Assembly (NCBI GenBank): GCA_040285825.1
Contig: JAUPSS010000003.1
Coordinates: 2,046,001-2,110,000, forward strand
Length of the DNA stretch: 64,000 nucleotides
Direction: 5' to 3'
Origin: Eukaryota sp. TZLM1-RC
Taxonomy: Eukaryota; Protista; Metamonada: BaSk clade
A program made the translations under genes and the position numbers. Below the pieces are notes generated by a model. That model was not told the origin of the DNA. It searched no databases and was given only the letters and a program-made list of their open reading frames with translations. Each line of letters opens with the position of its first letter. Positions within the stretch are counted from its first letter, which is position 1. This document shows positions 39,895 through 52,870 of the stretch, piece by piece.

Positions 39895-41926
39895 CATGGC
39901 GAACATGTTTCAATTCTTTTAAAGGATTTGCATACTTTTTCCGTTTGTACAATTCGGAGTCATCAAGGGGGGATACTTCGGATTGAGCATTTTTCAAGGC
40001 ATTTTTCTTGCAAACATCCACTGTTACGACATCAACAACATTCATGACATCATCAAACGAGGGCACAACAACATCAGCACGTCGTTTTCCATATTCTGAA
40101 TTAAAAAAGAGCTAGAAGTCATAAAGACTCTTGAATTGGAAAAACATCTTAAGTTTTTTCTTTTGAAAATTTGTTATGCTGGAAAAATTACTCATTTACT
40201 GCGATCATTACCTCCATCCCAAACTTACAATTTTTGTAGACAATTTAACAAAATACGTACCCAATTTTTGGCTTATTTAATGTCTGTTGATCCATCAATT
40301 TTGAAAAATCATATTTTTTCTGATGTTCAACTTGGCGGTGTTTCATTCAATTCATCAAAATATTTGACCAAAGCTGCATTTATTGGTGGTGGAAAAAATT
40401 TTGTATTTGAATTCTCTAGAAGATATCCTTTTGCCGAAAATCTTCTTGAAAATACAAATAGCATATTCCTGGATAACTTAAGACAAGAAATATCCAGTTT
40501 ATCTCCCGACTTATGGCAATCATGTTTCCCCATATCCATTCAAGAAATTCCAGACAGAAGTTTATATTCATTAAAATTTGCGTTGAAAAAGCTCCAACGA
40601 CATCTTTTGAAAATTTTGAAAGCAAGGATTTTATTGTTCGACTTAGCACGGCTAAGAAAGAAAATCCTGCTTTTGCCAATTTTTGATTGATTTGAAGGAC
40701 AGTTCATCTGCAGTTTTGATAAATCAAATTCCCCAGATTTATGGTCTATTTTTGAATGACGACCAATGGACCACTGCTATGAGAATGCGTTGTTATTTAT
40801 GGCCTTGTAATTTGCCCAATGATTTGTTTTTGTAAATGTGGAGCTGGTTTGACATTATCACATTTATTTAATTGTAATAGATATATTTCCTATCGTTCTA
40901 CGTTGCATGATGCAGTTAGAGATCAAATCCATGCAATGTGTAATTCCTATCATATTGAATCTTTTGTAGAACCTTTGTTGAGATCTCTTTTTAATTTACA
41001 GTTTTGGTAAAAGCTTCAACAAAAATTGTCACAGATTTTTGAAAGCTTGGATTTTGATGTTAGACTTGGCTTGGCCAAGAAAAAGAATCCCGCTTTTGCA
41101 AATTTTTTACAAGATATGTGTGACAGTACTTCTTCTGCCTTAGTAACAACAATTCCCCAAGTTTATGGTACTCTCTTAACCGATTCTGCTTGGACTCTCA
41201 ATATGAGATTTCGTTCCTTTATCTGGCCTAATAATTTACCTCATAATTTAATTTGTAAATGTTCTCGAGAAATTACAACTACTCATTTGTTAAATTGTAA
41301 ACATTTTATTACTTTTAGAAGCAAGGTTCATGATGCTGTAAGAGACCAGTTATATTGTATGTGTAAATCTCATAGAATTGAATCCTTCTTGGAACCTCTG
41401 TTGTCAAATCTGTTTGATGCTGAAAATGATTTTCATAAGAATAATAGAGGTGATGTCATATTACCTGGATTAGATGGAAGCTTCATTTTATTGGAGGTAA
41501 TGTCTGTTGATCCTTGTAATGCCTCAAATGAAAGGCTAGTTAATTCTGAAATTCATAATCCCCTTTCAAATGCTGAAAATTTTAAATTCAAAAATACAAT
41601 GAACCTATGTCCAAATTGGCCAGTCTACAGCATGCAAAATACAATTTGTATCCATTTGTATTTTCCTTTTTTAGTTCACTTGCACCAACTGCTTTACGTT
41701 TTTGGATGATTTTTGAAATGATTGTAAAGAGAAGAACTGGCAGAAATTTCAACAGATTGTTTTGGCAAAATAGAATTGTGTTTTCTATTTTTAAGGGGAT
41801 GTTGAAGATGGTTTCTGATGCTTTGCTTTCTCTTGGATCTCACTATGAGAGAGTTGCATCTAGTGTTTTTGTTCTGGGAGAAATGGATTTTTAGATGTTG
41901 ATTTATAGGTTTTGAATAAAATTTAA
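39895..41926. repeat. Second copy of tandem unit [inverted B + A 3' part]
   Basis: Near-identical to 35006-36853 + 38375-38580, including chimeric junctions; its A tail resumes at 45067. Confidence 0.87.
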
Positions 41927-44900
41927 TTTTTTTTTTTAAATTTAATTTTATTCAAAACCTATAAATCAACATCTAAAAATCCATCTCCCAAAAACAAAAA
42001 CTCTAGATGCAACTCTCATAGTGAGATCCAAGAGAAAGCAAAGCATCAGAAACCATCTTCAACATCCCCTTAAAAATAGAAAACACAATTCTATTTTGCC
42101 AAAACAATTTGTTGAAATTTCTCCCAGTTCTTCTCTTTACAATCATTTCAAAATCATCCAAAAAACGTAAAGCAGTTGGTGCAAGTGAACCAAAAAGGGA
42201 AAATACAAATGGATACAAATTGTATTTTGCATGCTGTAGACTGGCCAATTTGGACAAAGGTTCATTGTATTTTTTGAATTTAAAATTTTCAGTTTTTTTT
42301 TTCTTCCTCTACATATAACCGTTTAACTTAAAACCTGGCTGAACCGAGATCATTGCTTCTATTCTTTCTTGTTGATGTCTGAATCAGTTTCTGATTCTAA
42401 TGGAGTCAAAAGAAAGAACGATAGTCAACAAGATGCTCAAGACGTCCTTTCCACCTCTCCTCCTCAACCTCTTCTCTCTTCATTTTTGGACAAAAAAAAT
42501 TCTGATCAAGAATTTTTAGACAATCACGATGAAAAAAAAGTTTGTTCAAAAACAAAGCCACGCTCCTACAGATGCTCAAAGTGTCGACAACAGGGACATA
42601 ATGCTCGAACATGCCCCAATGTTGGAAAAAATGATGCGGCAAATTCTGAAACAAAATGTAAAAGAAAATTTATTAGAAGGAAAGAGTCTAAGGTAGAACC
42701 CATAAATAATGCTCCACAAGTTGTTGCAAAACCAGTTAGCAATCGATTGAAGCACAAAACGTGCAACACTTGTGGTATTTCTTTTAGAAAAAATGCAAAA
42801 GGAAAAACTTCTGATCGCTGCTTGAAATGCCGCATAGTTGATAACTACCATCCTCCTATAAGAATACCTCAAGAAATTCATCCGACCAAATGCAATGAAT
42901 TTGCTTTCGTTTTTCAAAGATTTTTGGATCAATTATGTAAAGGAAAGTATGCTATCAATATTATTTGGGAATTTTTTGGTTCTTTTTGTCCTCCTTTTGA
43001 ACAAAATTTCGTTAATATTTCCGAAGATTTAACCAATATAGCACCGAGAAATCAGTCATCCGAGAAATTAAGTAAAATTTTTGAAGACAAATGCTTTGAC
43101 AACAAATGGTCCAAGGCTTTGTCAGCTTTAAGTCCCGGAGTCAAAGCACCGAACAATGAAGATACAGTAGATAAACTGAAAATACTTCATCCTTATGAAG
43201 ACCCTGTTATGGATCAAAATTTTTACGGCACATACTGGGAAAATTATCCATTGATGCCATCAGAAGTTTTTTCGGTTATCAAAAAGAGACCTCGTGGTAA
43301 GTCTGCCGGACTTTCTGGTATTACTATTGATCATGTAAAAGCCGCGATTATTTCTTCAGAAGATTGCCTTGGTTTAATGACCAAATTTTTCAACCAAATA
43401 TTATCTGGTCAACGCAAGTACCCAGAAGAATTAAGAAGTTCTCGTTTGACTGCACTTGTCAAAAATTCAAAAATGGATGTTCTCTGAATAATTTTGGTTC
43501 TGATGATAGAGGTGATGTATACTGTGATTGGATTGATAATTCTGAAGCTATTGTTGACTTTGTCTCATGTAATGTTGCAAACGATACTTTGGTTCACAGA
43601 AGAAAACTTAATCCTGTGGCTGCTCTGGATTTTAAAGCAAAAGAAAAACATAGAAAATATGATAAAGAAATTGAAGATGCAAATATCGATAGAAATACAC
43701 AGCTGGTTTTTATTGCTTTTCCATTTTCGATAAATGGAAGATTATCAGTTGAAGCAGAAACTTTTTTGGATGACTTCCAAAAAATGGTGAAAGAAAAAAC
43801 AATGAAAAGATTTGATATTTTTTTATGGCGTTCACGGATTCAATTTGCCATTATTAATAGATTACCGCGGTTTTTCAATCGAATTAGAGAAGCTTTAGCT
43901 AGACAGCAAGCAAATCAAGATTTTGTAGAGGAAATCTTGGTTTAATGATAGTCGTCCCATTAGTTATGATTTAATTTAATCAAGTGTGCAAATTCAATAA
44001 ATAAATAAAAATTTTCAGCATTTGAAAGGGGATTATGAATTTCAGAATTAACAAGCCTTTCATTTGAGGCATTACAAGGATCAACAGACATTACATCCAA
44101 TAAAATGAAGCTTCCATCTAATCCAGGTAATATGACATCACCTCTATTATTCTTATGAAAATCATTTTCAGCATCAAACAGATTTGACAACAGAGGTTCC
44201 AAGAAGGATTCAATTCTATGAGATTTACACATACAATATAACTGGTCTCTTACAGCATCATGAACCTTGCTTCTAAAAGTAATAAAATGTTTACAATTTA
44301 ACAAATGAGTAGTTGTAATTTCTCGAGAACATTTACAAATTAAATTATGAGGTAAATTATCAGGCCAGATAAAGGAACGAAATCTCATATTCAGAGTCCA
44401 AGCAGAATCGGATAAGAGAGTACCATAAACTTGTGGAATTGTTGTTACTAAGGCAGAAGAAGTACTGTCACACATATCTTGTAAAAGATTTGCAAAAGCG
44501 GGATTCTTTTTCTTGGCCAAGCCAAGTCTAACATCAAAATCCAAGCTTTCAAAAATCTTTGACAATTTTTGTTGAAGCTTTTTACAGCAAAACTGTAAAT
44601 TATAAAGAGATCGGTTTGGAATTTCTTGAATTGATTGAGGAAAACATTTGGTCCAAATTTGTGGCGGTAATTTTTCAAGTTCACAAGATAACTCATACAA
44701 ATAGGGACTACAATTGGGGACTAACAGATGAGAATCATCAGGAAATCTACGAGAAAATTCATAAATAAAATTTTTGCCACCACCCAAGAATGCTGATTGA
44801 CACAAAATTGAAGATTTAGTAAAACCAATACCACCCAAATTTGCTGAAGAAAATAAATGGCTTTTCAACATTCCTGGTTCTACATCCAATAAATCAGCAA

Positions 44901-45066
44901 AAATTCTGTTCTCAATGAATTAAAAGAACGACAAAAATCTAATGCTATGGAAGGAGCACAAGATCTCAAAATGTGGGTTATTCTCCCAGTGTAGCAAATT
45001 TTAAGCATGAAAAATTTAATATGCTTTTCTATATCTAAAGAAGAAATTGAATCAAGTTCAATTTTC
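41927..45066 (-). mobile_element. Family A 5'-truncated copy inserted in the 3' UTR of another A, split by E
   Basis: TSD ataaaatttaa (41916-41926 / 45067-45077). Confidence 0.86.
42293..44007 (+). mobile_element. Family E internally deleted copy (both ends intact, ~1.6 kb including RT core missing)
   Basis: TSD aaaattttcag (42282-42292 / 44008-44018); ATG 42375; deletion junction ggatgttc|tctgaat at ~43482. Confidence 0.9.
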
Positions 45067-45093
45067 ATAAAATTTAAATTTTGGTAAAAAAAA

Positions 45094-47468
45094 AAGAAGA
45101 TAGTGAATCAGAAATTAGTTTTACCATTCCCTTAAAAATAGAAAATACAATCCTGTTTTGCCAGTAAACACGATTGAAAATTCTTCCAGTTCTTTCCTTT
45201 ACAACTACAACAAAATCCTCAAGGAAAGCCATAGCAGCCTTACCTAGAGATCCAAGCAAAGAAAAAACAAATGGACATAAATTATATTGGGCATGAGAAT
45301 TTTCATTAACCGAGGAAATGGGTTTCGCATATTTAGCAATTTTATATTTTTCGCCTGCAAGAAGAGGATTATTTACATCCGAGTTAATGAGATGTTCGTT
45401 AGAGGAATTACAAGGGTCAATAGACATGGCGTCCAAAATAGTAAAACTACCATTTAAACCAGGAACAACTAGATCACCTCTAGTCAGACCCATAGAAGCT
45501 CTGTTGTAACGCGTACTATCAATATTGGGATTATCAAGAATTAATTTTGATAACAGCGGTTCTAAAAAGGAATCTACTCTATATGATTTGCACATTACAT
45601 AAATTTGGTCCCTGACGTTATTATGCACTTTGCTTCTAAACGTAATGAAATGTTTGCCAGTCTACAGCATGCAAAATACAATTTGTATCCATTTGTATTT
45701 TCCCTTTTTGGTTCACTTGCACCAACTGCTTTTCGTTTTTTGGATGATTTTGAAATGATTGTAAAGAGAAGAACTGGCAGAAATTTCAACAGATTGTTTT
45801 GGCAAAATAGAATAGTGTTTTCTATTTTTAAGGGGATGTTGAAGATGGTTTCTGATGCTTTGCTTTCTCTTGGATCTCACTATGAGAGAGTTGCATCTAG
45901 TGTTTTTGTTTTGGGAGAGATGGATTTTTTGGATGTTGATTTATTTTTTTTTAAAATTTAATTTTATTCTAAACCTATAAATCAACATCTAAAAATCCAT
46001 CTCTCCCAAAACAAAAACACTAGATGCAACTCTCTCATAGTGAGATCCAAGAGAAAGCAAAGCATCAGAAACCATCTTCAACATCCCCTTAAAAATAGAA
46101 AACACAATTCTATTTTGCCAAAACAATCTGTTGAAATTTCTGCCAGTTCTTCTCTTTACAATCATTTCAAAATCATCCAAAAACGTAAAGCAGTTGGTGC
46201 AAGTGAACCAAAAGGGAAAATACAAATGGATACAAATTGTATTTTGCATGCTGTAGACTGGCCAATTTGGACAAAGGTTCATTGTATTTTTTGAATTTAA
46301 AATTTTCAGCATTTGAAAGGGGATTATGAATTTCAGAATTAACAAGCCTTTCATTTGAGGCATTACAAGGATCAACAGACATTACATCCAATAAAATGAA
46401 GCTTCCATCTAATCCAGGTAATATGACATCACCTCTATTATTCTTATGAAAATCATTTTCAGCATCAAACAGATTTGACAACAAAGGTTCCAAGAAGGAT
46501 TCAATTCTATGAGATTTACACATACAATATAACTGGTCTCTTACAGCATCATGAACCTTGCTTCTAAAAAGTAATAAAATGTTTACAATTTAACAAATGA
46601 GTAGTTGTAATTTCTCGAGAACATTTACAAATTAAATTATGAGGTAAATTATCAGGCCAGATAAAGGAACGAAATCTCATATTCAGAGTCCAAGCAGAAT
46701 CGGATAAGAAAGTACCATAAACTTGTGGAATTGTTGTTACTAAGGCAGAAGAAGTACTGTCACACATATCTTGTAAAAAGATTTGCAAAAGCGGGATTCT
46801 TTTTCTTGGCCAAGCCAAGTCTAACATCAAAATCCAAGCTTTCAAAAATCTTTGACAATTTTTGTTGAAGCTTTTTACAGCAAAACTGTAAATTAAATAG
46901 AGATCGGTTTGGAATTTCTTGAATTGATTGAGGAAAACATTTGGTCCAAATTTGTGGCGGTAATTTTTCAAGTTCACAAGATAACTCATACAAATAGGGA
47001 CTACAATTGGGGACTAACAGATGAGAATCATCAGGAAATCTACGAGAAAATTCATAAATAAAATTTTTGCCACCACCCAAGAATGCTGATTGACACAAAA
47101 TTGAAGATTTAGTAAATCCAATACCCCCCAAATTTGCTGAAGAAAATAAATGGCTTTTCAACATTCCTGGTTCTACATCCAATAAATCAGCAAAAAATTC
47201 TGTTCTCAATGAATTAAAAGAACGACAAAAATCTAATGCTATGGAAGGAGCACAAGATCTCAAAATGTGGATTTATATAAATGTTGATTTATAGGTTTAG
47301 AATAAAATTAAATTTAAAAAAAAAGTTCAAAAGATGAGTAAACAAAAGAGGTTTACCACATTTACAAGTTAAATGATTGGGCAAATTGTTTGGCCACAGA
47401 AAACAACGAAAACGCATGTTTAGAAGCCATTCATTGTTTTTTAACAAAAGTCCATAAACATTGGGAAC
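45094..47468 (-). mobile_element. Family C fragment split by A(+) 45657-47324, itself split by A(-) 45945-47280
   Basis: Inner TSD atgttgatttat (45933-45944 / 47281-47292); no clear TSD for the A(+) insertion. Confidence 0.82.
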
Positions 47469-48137
47469 TTTAATTCATTGAGAACAGAATTTTTTGCTGA
47501 TTTATTGGATGTAGAACCAGGAATGTTGAAAAGTCACTTATTTTCTTCAGCAAATTTGGGTGGTATTGGATTTACTAAATCTTCAATTCTGTGTCAATCA
47601 GCATTCTTGGGTGGTGGCAAAAATTTTATTTATGAATTTTCTCGTAGATTTCCTGATGATTCTCATCTGTTAGTTCCCAATTGCAGTCCTTATTTGTATG
47701 AGTTATCTTGTGAACTTGAAAAATTGCCGCCACAAATTTGGACCAAATGTTTTCCTCAATCAATTCAAGAAATTCCAAACCGATCTCTTTTTAATTTACA
47801 GTTTTGGTAAAAAGCTTCAACAAAAATTGTCACAGATTTTTGAAAGCTTGGATTTTGATGTTGGACTTGGCTTGGCCAAGAAAAAGAATCCCGCTTTTGC
47901 AAATTTTTTACAAGATATGTGTGACAGTACTTCTTCTGCCTTAGTAACAACAATTCCCCAAGTTTATGGTACTCTCTTAACCGATTCTGCTTGGACTCTC
48001 AATATGAGATTTCGTTCCTTTATCTGGCCTAATAATTTACCTCGTAATTTAATTTGTAAATGTTCTCGAGAAATTACAACTACTCATTTGTTAAATTGTA
48101 AACATTTTATTACTTTTAGAAAATTTTTTATAATAAA

Positions 48138-49029
48138 AATTTATTTAAAGAATCAAATAAAAACAAAACAAACTAAAACACATAAGAAACTAAATTCTCC
48201 ACGCCAACTCTTGATGAATCCTTATAAAGTTTAGACATCATTAAACTCAAGTACTTGGGAACACTTCTGTACAAAGCGAAAATGATACGATTTTTCCATA
48301 AATTCTCTGCAAAATTCTTACCACTTGAACGACATAAATTACCAAAATCATTGATGAAATTCAAGGCGGATTGTCCAATGTTGCCAAAAATCGAAAAGGC
48401 AAAAGGAACAAACGAAAACTTCGAATAAAGGTTCTTATTTAAATCATTTAATATCTCAGTATATTTATCTCTCTTACGATCTTCAGCCTTGTTTAAATGA
48501 CCATTAGTACTAAGTAAAACATCATCGCGATAAACAAAAGCAAAGGGATCAACTGTAGTGAAATCAACAACAACTTCAGAGGAATCCACAAAAGGAGCAA
48601 TTAAATCACCTCGACGTGAATTAAAAAGATTATCATCACTATAATGCTTCAACAAAGGTTCTACTTTGCAACTAAAATTGTAACACTTGAACATCTCATA
48701 TGTCACATCACGAACGGCATTATGAAGAACTGACCTATATTGGAGAAATTTCTTACAGCTCACAATATGACGAAAATTGGCAGTAGGTTTTTTGTTACAA
48801 ATACAATAAGAATTATCCAAAAGACCACTTGGATACATCCCTAATCTCAACCGCATGTTTTGTTTCCAAGCTTCATTTGTTAAGTGAAGACCAAATGGCC
48901 TTGGTTGCTGAGATATTAAACTAGTACAGTTCTGAATGTCTGATAAAAAGGCAGCAAAGACGGGATTATTAATCTTAGTCACACTAAGTCGTTTAGAAAA
49001 ATCCAGGTCTTCAAAACCAATAAGAACAG
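48138..49029 (-). mobile_element. Family D 5'-truncated copy
   Basis: ORF 48173-48982; flanked by ~26-bp duplication acttttagaaaatttttt(t)ataataaa. Confidence 0.87.
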
Positions 49030-49039
49030 ACTTTTAGAA

Positions 49040-52037
49040 AATTTTTTTATAATAAATATATATTTTTTTAAAAAAATTAATTTTAATCTAAACCTATAAA
49101 TCAACATCTAAAAAATCCATCTCTCCCAAAACAAAAACACTAGATGCAACTCTCTCATAGTGAGATCCAAGAGAAAGCAAAGCATCAGAAACCATCTTCA
49201 ACATCCCCTTAAAATTTTTTTTTTTAAAAACTGGAATATTTATTGAGATAAAAATAACCATCTAGAATTCAATATCCTCCAAACAAGCGTCACTATTACT
49301 GAACCTACTCACAGCATTACGTTCATATTCTACACCAATAGCTAAAAGTGCCTTTGAAATCATTGTTGGAATAGACTTGAAAATGCAAAAAACAATTCTA
49401 TTTAACCAGAAAGTGGAGTTCATTGTTTTACCAGACCTATTCAGTAACACTTTTTTAAAATTTTCCAAAAAGTGCAAGCCTGAAGGTCCAATATTGCCAA
49501 AAAGAGAAATTGCAAACGGCACAAACTGATATTTCACATGTTCCACTCTACCTAACTGTGCCAAAGGTTCTTCATATTTTTTTATCTTCTTTTTTTCGGC
49601 GTTAGATAACGGCGAGTCAGCGGAATACACTAAACGAGCAGCAGAATTTTTGCAAACATCCACTGAGACAACGTCTACAACATTGAGAACACCATCGATC
49701 CCTGGAGCTACTAAATCTGCCCTTCTTTTACCAAAGGAATCATCAGTTTGATCTGAAGACAGCTTACGTACTAGTGGCTCAATAAATGCCTCTATATTGA
49801 AACTTTTGCACATGGCATATAATTGATCACGAACTGAGTCATGAACAAGTGAGCGATAAGTTATGAAATACTTACAGTTTAAAATATGGGAAAGCGTAAC
49901 AACACTCTTGCAGCGACAAATTAAATCATTTGGCAATGAGCAAGGCCATAGAAAACATCTCAATCTCATTGCAGTGGTCCATTGGTGATCATTAAGTAGA
50001 AGGCCGTAAATGTTGGGAATTTGGGAGATTAAGCAACTTGAGCAACTGTCTTCAAGATCAATCAAAAAGTTTGCAAAAACGGGATTTTTTTCCTTAGCCA
50101 AGCTAAGACGTACAATATAATCCAAGTTTTCTAAAACTTTCAAAATTTTTTCTGCAATTTTGCAAAAGTCAATGGTAAGGAGAGCAAGCTTCTTGAAGGA
50201 AGTTCCACAATATCAGAGGGGAAACATTTAGCCCAAATATTGGGTGAAAGAGTTTCAATTTCCTGTTGCAAAGAAATAAGATAGGAGCTGCCACAATTTT
50301 CAATGAGATGAATTTTTTCAGGAAAACGATTCACAAATTCATAAATAAAATTCTTTCCACCTCCAATAAAGGCAGCTTTACAAAGGTAGCTTGACTTATG
50401 AAAATCAACACCACCAAAATTTGTACCACAAAAATGTGGCTTCGTAACTGAGATGCATCAATTTCCAATAATTTTGCTAAAAAATTAGTTCTTTGTTCAT
50501 TAAAAATGCGACAGAACTCCAAGGAAATTGATGGTGATGTTGATCTCAAAATATGAGTAAATTTTCCAGAATAACAGATTTTGAGGAAAAAGAATTTCAA
50601 ATGTTTCTCAATATTTAAATTTTCTATTGATTCTAATTCATTTCCAAATTGAGTCAACAGAGTCGAAAGTTGGCTTTTCACTTCATCAATATTTCCGAGA
50701 TAACAACCCAAAAAACGAAAACCAGACTGATCATAATTGATAAAGGGGACATTTACATCATTAATGAAAAAATCAATTGGTTCATGGCCTTAAAAATAGA
50801 ATACACAATTCTATTTTGCCAAAACAATCTGTTGAAATTTCTGCCAGTTCTTCTCTTTACAATCATTTCAAAATCATCCAAAAAACGTAAAGCAGTTGGT
50901 GCAAGTGAACCAAAAAGGGAAAATACAAATGGATACAAATTGTATTTTGCATGCTGTAGACTGGCCAATTTGGACAAAGGTTCATTGTATTTTTTGAATT
51001 TAAAATTTTCAGCATTTGAAAGGGGATTATGAATTTCAGAATTAACAAGCCTTTCATTTGAGGCATTACAAGGATCAACAGACATTACATCCAATAAAAT
51101 AAAGCTTCCATCTAATCCAGGTAATATGACATCACCTCTATTATTCTTATGAAAATCATTTTCAGCATCAAACAGATTTGACAACAGAGGTTCCAAGAAG
51201 GATTCAATTCTATGAGATTTACACATACAATATAACTGGTCTCTTACAGCATTATGAACCTTGCTTCTAAAAAGTAATAAAATGTTTACAATTTAACAAA
51301 TGAGTAGTTGTAATTTCTCGAGAACATTTACAAATTAAATTATGAGGTAAATTATCAGGCCAGATAAAGGAACGAAATCTCATATTCAGAGTCCAAGCAG
51401 AATCGGATAAGAGAGTACCATATACTTGCGGAATTGTTGTTACTAAGGCAGAAGAAGTACTGTCACACATATCTTGTAAAAGATTTGCAAAAGCGGGATT
51501 CTTTTTCTTGGCCAAGCCAAGTCTAACATCAAAATCCAAGCTTTCAAAAATCTTTGACAATTTTTGTTGAAGCTTTTTACAGCAAAACTGTAAATTAAAT
51601 AGAGATCGGTTTGGAATTTCTTGAATTGATTGAGGAAAGCATTTGGTCCAAATTTGTGGCGGTAAATTTTCAAGTTCACAAGATAACTCATACAAATAGG
51701 GACTACAATTGGGGACTAACAGATGGGAATCATCAGGAAATCTACGAGAAAATTCATAAATAAAATTTTTGCCACCACCCAAGAATGCTGATTGACACAA
51801 AATTGAAGATTTAGTAAATCCAATACCCCCCAAATTTGCTGAAGAAAATAAATGGCTTTTCAACATTCCTGGTTCTACATCCAATAAATCAGCAAAAAAT
51901 TCTGTTCTCAATGAATTAAAAGAAGGACAAAAATCTAATGCTATGGAAGGAGCACAAGATCTCAAAATGTGGGTTATTCTCCCAGTGTAGCAAATTTTAA
52001 GCATAAAAAATTTAATATGCTTTTCTATATCTAAAGA
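49040..52037 (-). mobile_element. Family A 5'-truncated copy split by F
   Basis: 3' end 49060-49214; resumes at 50788. Confidence 0.85.
49215..50787 (-). mobile_element. Family F 5'-truncated copy (only large F copy in window)
   Basis: ORFs 50331-50711, 50140-50334, 49262-50143 ending CLEDIEF; RRAD RLE motif; TSD ccttaaaa. Confidence 0.87.
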
Positions 52038-52870
52038 ACTTTTAGAAGCAAGGTTCATGATGCTGTAAGAGACCAGTTATATTGTATGTGTAAATCTCAT
52101 AGAATTGAATCCTTCTTGGAACCTCTGTTGTCAAATCTGTTTGATGCTGAAAATGATTTTCATAAGAATAATAGAGGTGATGTCATATTACCTGGATTAG
52201 ATGGAAGCTTCATTTTATTGGATGTAATGTCTGTTGATCCTTGTAATGCCTCAAATGAAAGGCTAGTTAATTCTGAAATTCATAATCCCCTTTCAAATGC
52301 TGAAAATTTTAAATTCAAAAAATACAATGAACCTATGTCCAAATTGGCCAGTCTACAGCATGCAAAATACAATTTGTATCCATTTGTATTTTCCCTTTTT
52401 GGTTCACTTGCACCAACTGCTTTACGTTTTTTGGATGATTTTGAAATGATTGTAAAGAGAAGAACTGGCAGAAATTTCAACAGATTGTTTTGGCAAAATA
52501 GAATTGTGTTTTCTATTTTTAAGGGGATGTTGAAGATGGTTTCTGATGCTTTGCTTTCTCTTGGATCTCACTATGAGAGAGTTGCATCTAGTGTTTTTGT
52601 TCTGGGAGAAATGGATTTTTTAGATGTTGATTTATAGGTTTTGAATAAAATTAAAATTTTGTAAAAAAAATAGAGGTGAATTTGAATTAAAATCTGCTCA
52701 ACAAATTCTCAAATGTTCTGTTCCAGCTGTTGCCGTTGTGAAAGGTGCTGAAAATAATGTTTCTGACGATCAACAGTTAAATGCTTCTAGTGTTCCCTCT
52801 TCTTCCCCTTCTGAAAACAGTAATTTTTGTTGTCCATTTTGCAAAAAAGATGTTGCAGATTCACGAAAGA

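Larger units (their letters stand above)
47469..52670 (+). mobile_element. Family A 5'-truncated copy (47469-48121 + 52038-52670) hosting D, A and F
   Basis: TSD acttttagaa (48112-48121 / 52038-52047). Confidence 0.83.

Noticed and set aside
50788-52670. Apparent twin-priming inversion of A at 52038
   Set aside because: Better explained as A(-) inserted in A(+): TSD acttttagaa at 48112/52038, and the segments overlap extensively on the consensus.
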